Below, one piece after another: positions 9,969 to 19,403 of a stretch of DNA of 64,000 bases. The notes under the pieces were generated by a model, which saw nothing but the letters and a program-made list of their open reading frames with translations, was not told where the DNA came from and made no database searches. Source of the DNA: Cyanobacteriota bacterium (lineage in GTDB: Bacteria > Cyanobacteriota > Cyanobacteriia > Thermostichales > Thermostichaceae). The position numbers and the translations under genes were made by a program. Positions within the stretch are counted from its first letter, which is position 1; each line of letters starts with the position of its first letter. The stretch spans positions 73,267 to 137,266 of the forward strand of contig JANRIL010000048.1 in assembly GCA_033764955.1 (NCBI GenBank), in the 5' to 3' direction.

Positions 9969-10621
9969 TTGCTTTCTGAACCCGATAAAGCTGTCGTTAT
10001 TCCCAGACCAATATACACACCACCTGCAAAATAGCGCTGACCCTTCAAAAAACGCTGATTTTTCTGGAACCAATGGCCAACCGATCCAGCCAATAGGGCA
10101 TAGATTCCATCGCTGATCGTTGCCAACAATACAAACAAGCCCCCCAAAAATAACATCTGCAAGGTAACATTCCCTTTGGAAATATCGATAAATTGTGGGA
10201 GAAAAGCAAAAAAGAAGAAAGCGGTTTTTGGATTCAATAGATTGACAATGACACCCTGCCAGAAGATTTGCAGCAAGCTGGCTCGCCCAGCCATTTTCTC
10301 CCGCTGTGCGTCTTCACGGGACAACAGTTTATGAATGCCCAGGAAAATCAGATAAGCTGCGCCCAGGTACTTGACAATATTGAAGGCTAATGCCGATGAC
10401 AATAGCAGGGCTGAAACACCGCAGGCTGCCGCCGCCACATGAAACAGAGTACCCAACTCCAAACCCAGAACCGAAGCAAAGCCAGCCATTCTTCCTTGAT
10501 TGACGCTACGGGCAATAATATAGAGAACAGCCGGCCCAGGAGTTAAAAGAAGGACTAAAGAAGCGGCGATAAACAAGTATATTTGGGGGAGTTCCGGCAT
10601 TGAGTCTCTCCGTTCCAGCAT
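9965..10621 (-). CDS. LysE/RhtB family amino-acid exporter
   Basis: TPGPAV, GAAYLIFLG and NLLNPKTAFFF motifs. Confidence 0.92.
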   Translation of the reverse strand: MLERRDSMPELPQIYLFIAASLVLLLTPGPAVLYIIARSVNQGRMAGFASVLGLELGTLFHVAAAACGVSALLLSSALAFNIVKYLGAAYLIFLGIHKLLSREDAQREKMAGRASLLQIFWQGVIVNLLNPKTAFFFFAFLPQFIDISKGNVTLQMLFLGGLFVLLATISDGIYALLAGSVGHWFQKNQRFLKGQRYFAGGVYIGLGITTALSGSESK

Positions 10622-10716
10622 GAATAGTTATTCACTTTATCTCAAAAGACAACCATGACGAGAATCCCTCATGAATGGTATAGAAGTATGACCATTTCCA
10701 TCCTCCTCAACCCCTG

Positions 10717-11664
10717 ATGAATGCCTCCTCCTCCAGCCTGCCCGTCGGACTCTTCATCAGCCAATTTTTGCGAGAACGGGAACGGGATTTAGCCAAAGCC
10801 AGCCGACGCACCTACCAGATGGCCTTGACTCAGTTTGCCGCCACCTGTGAACTGCCACTGGATCAAATTCAACCTCTGCATATTCAGGCTTTTTTGAATA
10901 GTTTGAAAGGACGACCCTTCAAAAACAAAGCGGGATCCCTGATTTATCCTCCGGCTTCCCCTGCCACCTACAACCTGAAGCGGCTGGCTCTCCAGCAATT
11001 TTTTGAGTGGGCGCAGGCTCGCGGATATTGCCAGCCTCCCTTGCCCACCCAGGTTATTCGCGCCGCCCGCCTCCCCCCCCGCTTGCCCAAAGATCTGGAT
11101 CGGCTCTTGCTGCAACGAGTGCTAACCCGCGCCCAAAGCCATTCACTGCGTTATACCGCCTTGTTGCGGGTCATGTTGGAATGCGGTCTTCGCGCTCAGG
11201 AATTATTGGATTTAACAGTGCAGGACTTTCAGCAATCTCCCGAAGGATCAACTTTAGATATCCGTTCGGGTAAGGGCAGCAAACCTCGCTCGGTGGCCGT
11301 GGGGGATCCCTTAGCCGATCTGCTCCGCGACTATCTTCAGCAGGAACGCGGACTCTCTGCCCCTACGGATCCTTTGTTTGTCTCCCAATCTCGCTGCGCC
11401 GACTATCAGGGCAAACCCCTCACCTATGACGGGCTGCGTCACATTGTTTTGAAGCTCACCGAAGCAGAACCTGGGCAGCAAACCCCCCACCAATTCCGCC
11501 ATAGTTTTGCCACCCTGCTCTTGGATCATGGGGTTGCCCCTGAGCATATTCAACATCTGCTGGGTCATACCACCGCTGCTATGACCATGCGCTATACGCA
11601 ACGCGCCAACCTGCGGGCGGCGATTGCCCGTTCCCGTGAAGTCTTGGATCAAGGACTGATCTAG
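10717..11664 (+). CDS. Tyrosine recombinase, XerC/D-like
   Basis: Catalytic R (CGLRAQE), K (GKGSK), HQFRH, LGH and TMRY all present. Confidence 0.9.
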   Translation: MNASSSSLPVGLFISQFLRERERDLAKASRRTYQMALTQFAATCELPLDQIQPLHIQAFLNSLKGRPFKNKAGSLIYPPASPATYNLKRLALQQFFEWAQARGYCQPPLPTQVIRAARLPPRLPKDLDRLLLQRVLTRAQSHSLRYTALLRVMLECGLRAQELLDLTVQDFQQSPEGSTLDIRSGKGSKPRSVAVGDPLADLLRDYLQQERGLSAPTDPLFVSQSRCADYQGKPLTYDGLRHIVLKLTEAEPGQQTPHQFRHSFATLLLDHGVAPEHIQHLLGHTTAAMTMRYTQRANLRAAIARSREVLDQGLI

Positions 11665-11683
11665 GCAAAAAAGGGATCCCTCC

Positions 11684-12502
11684 TCAAAAAATATCTTGGT
11701 TGAGCAGTTTGGAGAGCCGCTCCAAGCCCTTCTTGACCTGGCGAGAGACGGTGACAGCACTGATGCCCATCCGCTCGGCGGTTTCTTTTTGGGTCAGATC
11801 ATACAAAAAGACAAACTCCAGGATGGTGCGGGTGCGCTGTTCCATCTTTTCGAGAGCCTGCCGCAGCCGCAACACATCCTCCTGGGCTAGCTGAAAACTG
11901 CGATACTGACTGTCGGGTACGAGATCTCCCAGAGAAACACTATCTTCATCCACCTGAATGGGGGCATCCAGGCTGAGCAGCAGGCTATTTTGTTGAGCCA
12001 GTTGCATTTCCCTCCATTCTGCTTCACTCAGATCGAGAGCCTGACGAACTTCCGCTTCCGAGGGGGGACGACCCAATTCTTGCCGAAGCTGGACAATGGT
12101 TTTTTTGACTTGACGGTGCAGAGCCGCCCAACGGCGCGGGATCCGCATGGTCGGACTCTTATCCCGCAGATAGTGTTGAATCTCCCCACGGATGTAGGGC
12201 ATGGCGAAGGAGCTAAAGGCCAGCCCGCGGGAAATATCGAATCGTTCAATCGCTTGAATCAACCCCAGGCAGCCTATTTGCAGCAAGTCATCATACCCCT
12301 CGTTGCATTGATTGCGCCAGTGATGCGCCTCTTTCCGCACTAACCCCAAATTTAACTCCACCAGGCGGTTGCGTAGGGTCGGAGAGGGCTGCTTCTGGTA
12401 AAGCCGCAGTAACTCAGCCGTTTTGGTTTTGATGTCGGCAGGGGGATCCATCACCTTTCCTGAAAGTGAGTGAGGGTCAAGTTCTCGGTCAGAAGCAAGC
12501 AT
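11684..12502 (-). CDS. sigF: RNA polymerase sigma factor SigF
   Basis: RNRLVELNLGLVRKEAHHW, FSSFAMPYIRGEIQHYLRDK, region 4 HTH TQKETAERMGISAVTVSR. Confidence 0.92.
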   Translation of the reverse strand: MLASDRELDPHSLSGKVMDPPADIKTKTAELLRLYQKQPSPTLRNRLVELNLGLVRKEAHHWRNQCNEGYDDLLQIGCLGLIQAIERFDISRGLAFSSFAMPYIRGEIQHYLRDKSPTMRIPRRWAALHRQVKKTIVQLRQELGRPPSEAEVRQALDLSEAEWREMQLAQQNSLLLSLDAPIQVDEDSVSLGDLVPDSQYRSFQLAQEDVLRLRQALEKMEQRTRTILEFVFLYDLTQKETAERMGISAVTVSRQVKKGLERLSKLLNQDIF

Positions 12503-12756
12503 AGTCTCTCAACATCAAACCTCGACAGAAGCAAGGGGCTATTGCTGGTGACCCCACCATCTTGCTTCATCATAAAGTTAGCCCTAGGGGTTTAGGAAGT
12601 TAACAAGATCACACCCGATGGGGGCAAGGCTGCCCCTGCCATCGCTGCCTTTAGTCTGGCGACTCTTTTTCCTGGTGGACAAGCGCATCCCTACGGAAAA
12701 ATTTCATCTCAACCGCGCCGATTGGGCAAAGAGGCATCCGTAAAGCTTGGGATCCC

Positions 12757-13392
12757 TTGCCAGAAGTGGCTAATCTAGAGCAAAGTCTGTCGTCTGGGTT
12801 GGCTATGTCCCTGCTGGATCGCTCCTTGTTGATGGAATCGGAGTTGTTTTATGAAGATGCCCTCTGCTGGTTGGGTCGTCCCCAGGAAGTCTATCGCCTG
12901 CTGAGTGAGGCCGTTTTCCCCAGTGTTTCCACCTGGGTGCGGGGGGATGTGGATAGCCACTCCTTTAATCATTGGCAGCCGGAGGACTTACGGACATTTC
13001 TCTATCCGGTGGTGATGCTGGGGGACAACGAAACGGCAGTTTTAAGCTGCGAAGCAATGTTGCTCTGTGGCATTGGTAATTATTACAACCCTTGCGATGT
13101 GGCGATTGTTGTGTTTGTGCAACAACCAGAGGAGTTATTCAGTCAACTGATGCAGCGAATTCGGCGAGCCGAATCGACGATTTGCCGTGGACCAGATGTA
13201 CGGATGTTGTCAGAACAGGTGAATTTAGCCAAGAAAGGGCAGGACTATATCAATACTAAATATGTGGTCTGGCCCTATGCCCTTTCCAGTGCCGCCCAAG
13301 ACACCTTGATCAAACAGGGATTATCCATTATCCAGCTTTCCCCCGCTGATACTTCCCGTCCGTTTGCCTTGACTAGCCCATTTTCCCGCTAA
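12757..13392 (+). CDS. Hypothetical protein
   Basis: 211-aa ORF filling the gap, no recognised motif. Confidence 0.6.
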   Translation: MPEVANLEQSLSSGLAMSLLDRSLLMESELFYEDALCWLGRPQEVYRLLSEAVFPSVSTWVRGDVDSHSFNHWQPEDLRTFLYPVVMLGDNETAVLSCEAMLLCGIGNYYNPCDVAIVVFVQQPEELFSQLMQRIRRAESTICRGPDVRMLSEQVNLAKKGQDYINTKYVVWPYALSSAAQDTLIKQGLSIIQLSPADTSRPFALTSPFSR

Positions 13393-13415
13393 AGCAAGCG
13401 GAGGGCTGTTTATGC

Positions 13416-13973
13416 TTAAAGCTGCCAGAGATAAATGGGATACGTGTTGATGACATCAGCCACCCCAGTCGTCCGCGTGGGGAGCCAATCTCCCAAATCA
13501 AAGGAGTGGGTGACGATTCGACTGCCAGGGCGTAATTGGGAGCGCAGTCTCTCCCGTAGGGCAAGTTGAGTTCGGGGTAACAAATAGAGGGTAACCACCG
13601 TTGCTACGCTCAGGTCAACCGTCCGCAAATCAGCCTGCCAAAAACTCACCTGCTCCGCTACCCCTGCCTGCACTGCCTCTGCCTGAGCGATCTCGATCAG
13701 CTTGGGATCCCGCTCGATCCCCACGGCCTTGGCTCCACGGCGGGCGGCGGCGATGACAATCCGACCATCTCCACAACCCAAATCATACAGGCAATCAGCG
13801 GCGGAAACCTCCGCCAGATCAAGCATGGCCTCAATCACCATTGGCAGGCTACGCACATAGGGAGCAAGGGTTTCTCCCACTAATTCCTGGTTGCTGGGGG
13901 CGGCAGCAACGGGATCCCTTCGTCGCTGGGGGGACTGCCGTTGCGGGAGATTTTTGCCAAATCCGCGACCCAT
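13416..13973 (-). CDS. Class I SAM-dependent methyltransferase
   Basis: APYV, LYDLGCGDGRIV, ATVVTLYL. Confidence 0.9.
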   Translation of the reverse strand: MGRGFGKNLPQRQSPQRRRDPVAAAPSNQELVGETLAPYVRSLPMVIEAMLDLAEVSAADCLYDLGCGDGRIVIAAARRGAKAVGIERDPKLIEIAQAEAVQAGVAEQVSFWQADLRTVDLSVATVVTLYLLPRTQLALRERLRSQLRPGSRIVTHSFDLGDWLPTRTTGVADVINTYPIYLWQL

Positions 13974-14128
13974 GAGAAGGGATCCTTGCTACAAAATGCT
14001 GGCCATTCAATCCAATTTTAAGATCCAATAGTAGGGGATCGGTTGCTCTCTCTTATTCCTGATGATTAGGCGTAGCCGTAGGCAATGGCTTCCTCTACAC
14101 TGAAGGGGAGTTATCCCTTGCGTAGCCC

Positions 14129-14773
14129 ATGGTTCAGGTTTTTCAGCAGGCCTATAGCTATGCGGCTAGCCATTCCGATAGTTTATGGTTAGCCCTCCTT
14201 CAGCATCTACAACTGGTGGCTGTGCCTTTAGGGATTGGCTTAGGACTTGGCCTGCCTTTGGGGTTATTGAGTGCCCGCTCGCAAGTCGCCTCTGCCCTTT
14301 TGATGAATGGGTTTAATACCCTACGGGTGATTCCCAGCTTAGCGATTTTATTTTTGGCGATCCCTTACTTTGGCCTCACTTTTACCTCCTCCATCCTAGC
14401 CTTGACCCTGCTGGTCATACCCCCTATTTTAATTAGCACCGATGTTGCCTTTCGCACAATTGAACCCGCGATTCGGGAGGCCGCTTTTGGCTTAGGAATG
14501 ACTTCTCAACAGGTGCTTAGGCAAGTTGAGATTCCTTTAGCGCTACCCATTGTGATTGCAGGGATTAAAACCGCCACGATTGAAGTGATTGCTAGTGCTA
14601 CGCTGGCTGCTTTTATTGGGGGAGGAGGACTGGGAACTTTTATTACCTTGGGGTTTGCCCTTTATGACAATGCCATTCTATTGGTGGGGGCAATTCCTGT
14701 AGCAATCTTAGCCATGACTGCGGAAATAGGATTATCTGCTCTGCAAAAAGCGGTGCAACCTCCGACAGCTTGA
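14129..14773 (+). CDS. Osmoprotectant-type ABC transporter permease (OpuBB/ProW-like)
   Basis: IPSLAIL, EAAFGLGMT (EAA loop), LAAFIGGGGLG. Confidence 0.88.
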   Translation: MVQVFQQAYSYAASHSDSLWLALLQHLQLVAVPLGIGLGLGLPLGLLSARSQVASALLMNGFNTLRVIPSLAILFLAIPYFGLTFTSSILALTLLVIPPILISTDVAFRTIEPAIREAAFGLGMTSQQVLRQVEIPLALPIVIAGIKTATIEVIASATLAAFIGGGGLGTFITLGFALYDNAILLVGAIPVAILAMTAEIGLSALQKAVQPPTA

Positions 14774-15051
14774 TATATCCCTATCTTGGCTTGAATTGGG
14801 GTTGGAACCCGTGGCTGCTCCCTCGGTTGTTACCAAGGCAGTTGGTTCTCCCATCACAAACAAGATCAAATGATGGTAGTGTCGTAGGGCTAGGGGTTCT
14901 CAAGAGGATCCCTATACTTAGCGTTTGAGTGGCTTGCTAAACTGTCTTGCTAGCCGTGTGGATCCCATTGGGGAGAATACTACTCTCACAAGGGATTTTT
15001 GCAAGATGTTGATGGCCAAACCCCCCTGAATATGAGAGGTTTCAGCAGATC

Positions 15052-16095
15052 ATGAGCACGAAAACCCCCACCCAAAACCCATCCGCTCAGTTGTTGAGCA
15101 TTGACTTGGGACGTACCTCCACCAAGGCTTGCATTAGCCGTCAGCCCGAAGATGTTGTATTGATTCCTGCCAATGTTGCCCACCTCTCTGTGGAAGAAGT
15201 TCGGCGGGGGGGATTTGCTTTTCGTCCCTCGGATCCGCTACTCGATATTTGGTTGGAATATCAAGGCAAAGGATATGCCATTGGTCAATTAGCCGCCGAT
15301 TTTGGTGCCAATTTGGGGGTAGGACAATCCAAAGTTGCCGATGCTCTGATCAAAGTTTTTGCCTGTATTGGCAATTTTGATCTCAAGCAAGATCTGCTGG
15401 TGGTGTTAGGGATCCCCTATCTTTCACAAGAACAGTTTGACAAAGAAAAAGAAGAAATTACTAGCCTATTACAAGGCCCCCATGTGATGGCTTTTCGTGG
15501 TCAAGATCGAGCCGTAGCTATCCAACAGGTGTGGGTGATGCCAGAGGGGTATGGCAGCCTGATTTGGTGTGAAGGACAGAAGAAAGACTATTTCAGCAAT
15601 TTATCGGTGGCCGTGATTGATATTGGACATCAAACCACAGATTTCTTAATGGTGGATCGCTTTCGTTTTGCCAGGGGAATTTCGATGAGTGAATCCTTTG
15701 GTATGAATGAATTTTATGTGCAGGTGGCCGAGAAAATTCCGGGGGCGGATAGTCAGTCCCTTTCCTTAATTGAAGGGGTGAATCGTCCTCAAGGCAAGCG
15801 CTTTTATCGTCCACGGGGAGCAACCAAACCGACTCCTTTGGATGATATCCTGCCGGAGCTGCGCAAAAAATTTGCCCGCGAACTGTCTCAACGACTGTTG
15901 GCTTGGCTGCCGGAACGAGCCACCGATGTGATTGTGACGGGGGGAGGAGGTGAATTCTTTTGGGACGATCTGCGGCCTTTGTTGGAGGAAGCTGCCCTCA
16001 CCCCGCACTTAGCGGAACACTCCCGCACCGCTAACGCCCTGGGGCAATATATCTATGGAGAAGTGCAATTATCATCGGTGGGAAATACCCCCTAA
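15052..16095 (+). CDS. parM: ParM/StbA-family actin-like ATPase (chromosomal, CorM-like)
   Basis: Actin-fold motifs: phosphate-1 SIDLGRTSTK, connect VMPEGYGS, phosphate-2 IDIGHQTTD, adenosine VTGGGG, ANALG. Confidence 0.88.
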   Translation: MSTKTPTQNPSAQLLSIDLGRTSTKACISRQPEDVVLIPANVAHLSVEEVRRGGFAFRPSDPLLDIWLEYQGKGYAIGQLAADFGANLGVGQSKVADALIKVFACIGNFDLKQDLLVVLGIPYLSQEQFDKEKEEITSLLQGPHVMAFRGQDRAVAIQQVWVMPEGYGSLIWCEGQKKDYFSNLSVAVIDIGHQTTDFLMVDRFRFARGISMSESFGMNEFYVQVAEKIPGADSQSLSLIEGVNRPQGKRFYRPRGATKPTPLDDILPELRKKFARELSQRLLAWLPERATDVIVTGGGGEFFWDDLRPLLEEAALTPHLAEHSRTANALGQYIYGEVQLSSVGNTP

Positions 16096-16149
16096 TGGAG
16101 GGAGCATGGAGCTATTCGAGCGCAGCCTATTGAGCCAGGGATAGAAGTT

Positions 16150-16617
16150 ATGGCTACCACCAAAAAAATTACGGTGTCGTTTAGCTCTGCTGATGATCTG
16201 GAGTTATTAGAACGGATTGAGTTGCAGGTGGGATCCCTATCCTCTGGCAATTTCAGTGAGTTATGCAAACAGGCTTTACGGGCTTTTTTGGCCTCTACTC
16301 CTCCAGCCACCTTGCCTGGGGAGGACTCCGCCGTTGGGAGAGCTGAGAGTGACGCGGTTGTGAATGAAGTTGTTTTGGCGGATCCGGCCATCGCCATCAT
16401 GCAACAGCAACTCATAGCTCTCGACGAACGCCTGAGAAGCTTGGAGTCTGGGCAACAACGCCTACCCAAATTAGAAAAAGAACTGAGTAAGCTTGCCCAG
16501 GCTGTGCAAGCCCTGCGAGAACCCTCGGTAGAGGCTCCCCAGCCCACTCCAGCTAAGCCTGACTACAGTCGGGATCCATTGTTATCCCGGTTAGGCCCCC
16601 TTTTGGAAAGTTTTTAG
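16150..16617 (+). CDS. ParR-like partner (N-terminal RHH-like region, coiled coil, C-terminal amphipathic helix)
   Basis: Directly downstream of parM; KITVSF...FSELCKQALRAFL, heptad LDERLRSLE, tail DPLLSRLGPLLESF. Confidence 0.7.
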   Translation: MATTKKITVSFSSADDLELLERIELQVGSLSSGNFSELCKQALRAFLASTPPATLPGEDSAVGRAESDAVVNEVVLADPAIAIMQQQLIALDERLRSLESGQQRLPKLEKELSKLAQAVQALREPSVEAPQPTPAKPDYSRDPLLSRLGPLLESF

Positions 16618-16730
16618 CCTGGGGAATGAAGCTGATAGCCACGGGATCCCCCCATCGTGGGGGACACTCTCCCTGAGGTTTCCGGGTATGTTGACAATAT
16701 AGAAAAAGCATTCTCAGGAACCCATTTTTT

Positions 16731-17033
16731 ATGAATTCCAAGCCTCGCTTGTCGGTTCAGCCTGATCAATTTTTGACTGCTCCTGCTTTAGCAAAATCTC
16801 ATGCTCATCGCTTGGCTTTGGTCTCTGGAAAAGCTTCGGGATCCCCTATTGGTTCCTTCTCCCTCTCGGTTCAAGCATGGCGGATCGGCTGGCAACAAAC
16901 TCAGCAATTCTTCCTCAAGCTTTGGCAAAAGCCTGCCCACCGCTCTCAACGGGAAAAAAATATGATCAAAGGACTGTTGGCACTCGCTGGAGCCGTCCTG
17001 ATGGTGGATGTTGTTCTAGCCAGTGTCCTATAG
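16731..17033 (+). CDS. Small hypothetical membrane protein
   Basis: ATG ORF with a C-terminal hydrophobic helix. Confidence 0.45.
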   Translation: MNSKPRLSVQPDQFLTAPALAKSHAHRLALVSGKASGSPIGSFSLSVQAWRIGWQQTQQFFLKLWQKPAHRSQREKNMIKGLLALAGAVLMVDVVLASVL

Positions 17034-17085
17034 AGCTTTCTAGATGGGTTGATAGCGGTCTGGGTTCGTCCTACAAAACGACTGG

Positions 17086-18372
17086 CTAGCGACCTTTCAC
17101 CATGTTGGCTCGGCGCACCACCGCATCCAGCGTCACCGCCATCAACAAAACCAACCCTTGTACCAGGTTTTTGACCCCTTGATCTTGGTTAAGTAGGGTA
17201 AGGCCATTCTCCAGGCTGCCGATCACGAGGGATCCCAAAATCACCGCCCAAACCGAGCCGCGCCCCCCAAACAGGCTGACCCCGCCGATCACCGCAGCGG
17301 CAATGGCATTGAGTAACAGGGTGGGATCAATCTGGGACGCAACGGCGGTAGCACGGGAGGCGGCTAAAATGCCTCCCACCGCGGCGAGGGTGGAGGCAAT
17401 GGCAAAGATGGCCAAACGGATCCCCACCACATTGATGCCGACTCGACGAGCCGCTTCAGCATTTCCTCCCACAGCATAGATGTGCCGACCAAAACTTGTG
17501 CGGGTGGTAATCAGCCAAAACAGGATGATAATGGCCATCATGATGGCAAAGGAGAGGGGAACTCCCTGATACTGAGCCAGCAGATACAGCAGGGATCCCA
17601 CCACCACTATTAAGCTTGCCAGTTGAAGAGTCAGCTCTAGGCGGCTGCGGGTTTTCAGCCCCAAGCTGTCACGACTGAGATGATTGCCAATTAAAGCTGC
17701 CGCATACAACCCCACCGCCACCACGGGAAGGCCAATGCCATAAATGGGATCCAAAAAGATGCCGGATCCCCCTAGGACACGGATAGTTTCGGCTCGAATA
17801 ATCAGAGTGGTTTGGGGAGCAAGCACCAATAGCACCAATCCGGCATAGGCAATGCTGCCCGCCAAGGTCACAATAAAAGAGGGAACTCGTAGAATCGCAA
17901 TAAAAAAGCCATTCAACAGACCCATCAGCGTGCCCGACAAAATGCCCACCCCAATCGCCAAGACAGGTGGCCACGCCAACCGTTCTGATAAAACTGCCAT
18001 AATCGCGGCACAAGCGCTGGAGACAGCCGCCAGCGATAAATCAATTTCTCCCAGTAACAAGACCATGACGGCAGCCACGGCCAAAACACCAATCCGCACA
18101 ATTTGCAGGAGCAGATTCGAGAGATTGCGTGGATCCAAAAACACCCCATCCGTAGCAATTTGAAAGTAAATCACAATGGCAATCAGGGTGAGAATAACAG
18201 GAATAAACCCTAAATCTAAGCGAATCAAATCTTTGAAGGTTAGGGGTTTAGCTTCGATAGGAACGGTACCTGCCAACCCCTGGAGAGGAGGAGTAGCAGG
18301 GGTAGGAGGAGAAGAGTCGGAAGGGGAAGGAAGCGTTTCACTCATGGCTAAATAAAGTTCTGAAACCCTCAA
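17086..18372 (-). CDS. Sugar ABC transporter permease (XylH-like)
   Basis: GEIDLS, VPSFIVTLAG, FGRHIYAVGGNAEAARRVGI, IAAAVIGGVSLFGGRG. Confidence 0.92.
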   Translation of the reverse strand: MRVSELYLAMSETLPSPSDSSPPTPATPPLQGLAGTVPIEAKPLTFKDLIRLDLGFIPVILTLIAIVIYFQIATDGVFLDPRNLSNLLLQIVRIGVLAVAAVMVLLLGEIDLSLAAVSSACAAIMAVLSERLAWPPVLAIGVGILSGTLMGLLNGFFIAILRVPSFIVTLAGSIAYAGLVLLVLAPQTTLIIRAETIRVLGGSGIFLDPIYGIGLPVVAVGLYAAALIGNHLSRDSLGLKTRSRLELTLQLASLIVVVGSLLYLLAQYQGVPLSFAIMMAIIILFWLITTRTSFGRHIYAVGGNAEAARRVGINVVGIRLAIFAIASTLAAVGGILAASRATAVASQIDPTLLLNAIAAAVIGGVSLFGGRGSVWAVILGSLVIGSLENGLTLLNQDQGVKNLVQGLVLLMAVTLDAVVRRANMVKGR

Positions 18373-18447
18373 TCACGATAAGAACTAATGCTAAAGATTT
18401 GGCAACAACGATCCGTCAATGCCTTGCCTTGGCATCGACAAGGGATC

Positions 18448-19257
18448 CTAGGCCGCTACATCCCCCACTTCCGGTTCGGGATCCCCGCCGGAGGCTCCGG
18501 TGATGGCCGCCACAATTTGTTCGGAGGTTGTGGTTTGGATATCAAAAGTGGCAACCCGCCGCCCCAAACGCATCACGGTTACTCGATCCACCACCTCAAA
18601 CACATCGTGTAAGTTGTGGGAGATCACCACCACTGCCAATCCCTGCTCTCGCAAGCGTTTGATTAGGTTCAAGACTTGGCGAGTTTGCGCGACCCCAAGG
18701 GCGGCTGTCGGTTCATCCAAGAGCACCACCTTAGGATCCCGTAGGATAGTTTTGGCAACGGCAATCGACTGTCGTTGTCCACCACTGAGAGCAGCCACCG
18801 GTAAGCGCACCGAGCGAATTTTTACGTCGAGTTTTTGCAGCACTTCTAGTGTGCGTCGCTCCATCTCGTTCTCATTGAGTGGTTCTAGCAACCACGGGAT
18901 CCAGGATCGCTTAGCTTCTCGTCCCAAATAAAGGTTGGCCACCACATCGAGGTTGTCGCAGAGAGCCAAATCTTGATAGACAGTCTCAATGCCGTGGCGA
19001 GTGGCCTCTTGGGGGGTATGAAACGTAACGGGTTTGCCCTCAATCAGGATTTGACCTTCATCCGGTTGATAGGCTCCCGACATGACCTTAATTAGAGTGG
19101 ATTTTCCAGCACCATTATCCCCCACCAGACCCACCACTTCTCCGCCAGAAACCTCAAAATCGACATTGTTGAGGGCTTGAATGGCTCCAAAGCTTTTGGA
19201 GATGCCCCGCAAAGCCAAACGGGGGGGAGGGGATCCTTGCGTGATATGACTGACCAT
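18448..19257 (-). CDS. Sugar ABC transporter ATP-binding protein
   Basis: GDNGAGKST, LSGGQRQ, LLDEPT; start moved to the MVSH ATG at 19257. Confidence 0.92.
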   Translation of the reverse strand: MVSHITQGSPPPRLALRGISKSFGAIQALNNVDFEVSGGEVVGLVGDNGAGKSTLIKVMSGAYQPDEGQILIEGKPVTFHTPQEATRHGIETVYQDLALCDNLDVVANLYLGREAKRSWIPWLLEPLNENEMERRTLEVLQKLDVKIRSVRLPVAALSGGQRQSIAVAKTILRDPKVVLLDEPTAALGVAQTRQVLNLIKRLREQGLAVVVISHNLHDVFEVVDRVTVMRLGRRVATFDIQTTTSEQIVAAITGASGGDPEPEVGDVAA

Positions 19258-19403
19258 AGCCGTGTGATGACCTACCTTGTGTTGCGCTTTTTTGGGAGCT
19301 TTGGCTAAGAGATCCCCAGCCCAGGGCTGACGAGACTGAACCAGTCGATCCCAGCCCAGTTTGCGTGAGTCGGGATCCCTCAAGCCAGTTCTGGGCAGCA
19401 CCC

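Noticed and set aside
14774..15051. Possible parC centromere upstream of parM
   Set aside because: Only one short duplicated heptamer (CTTGCTA); no iterated array.
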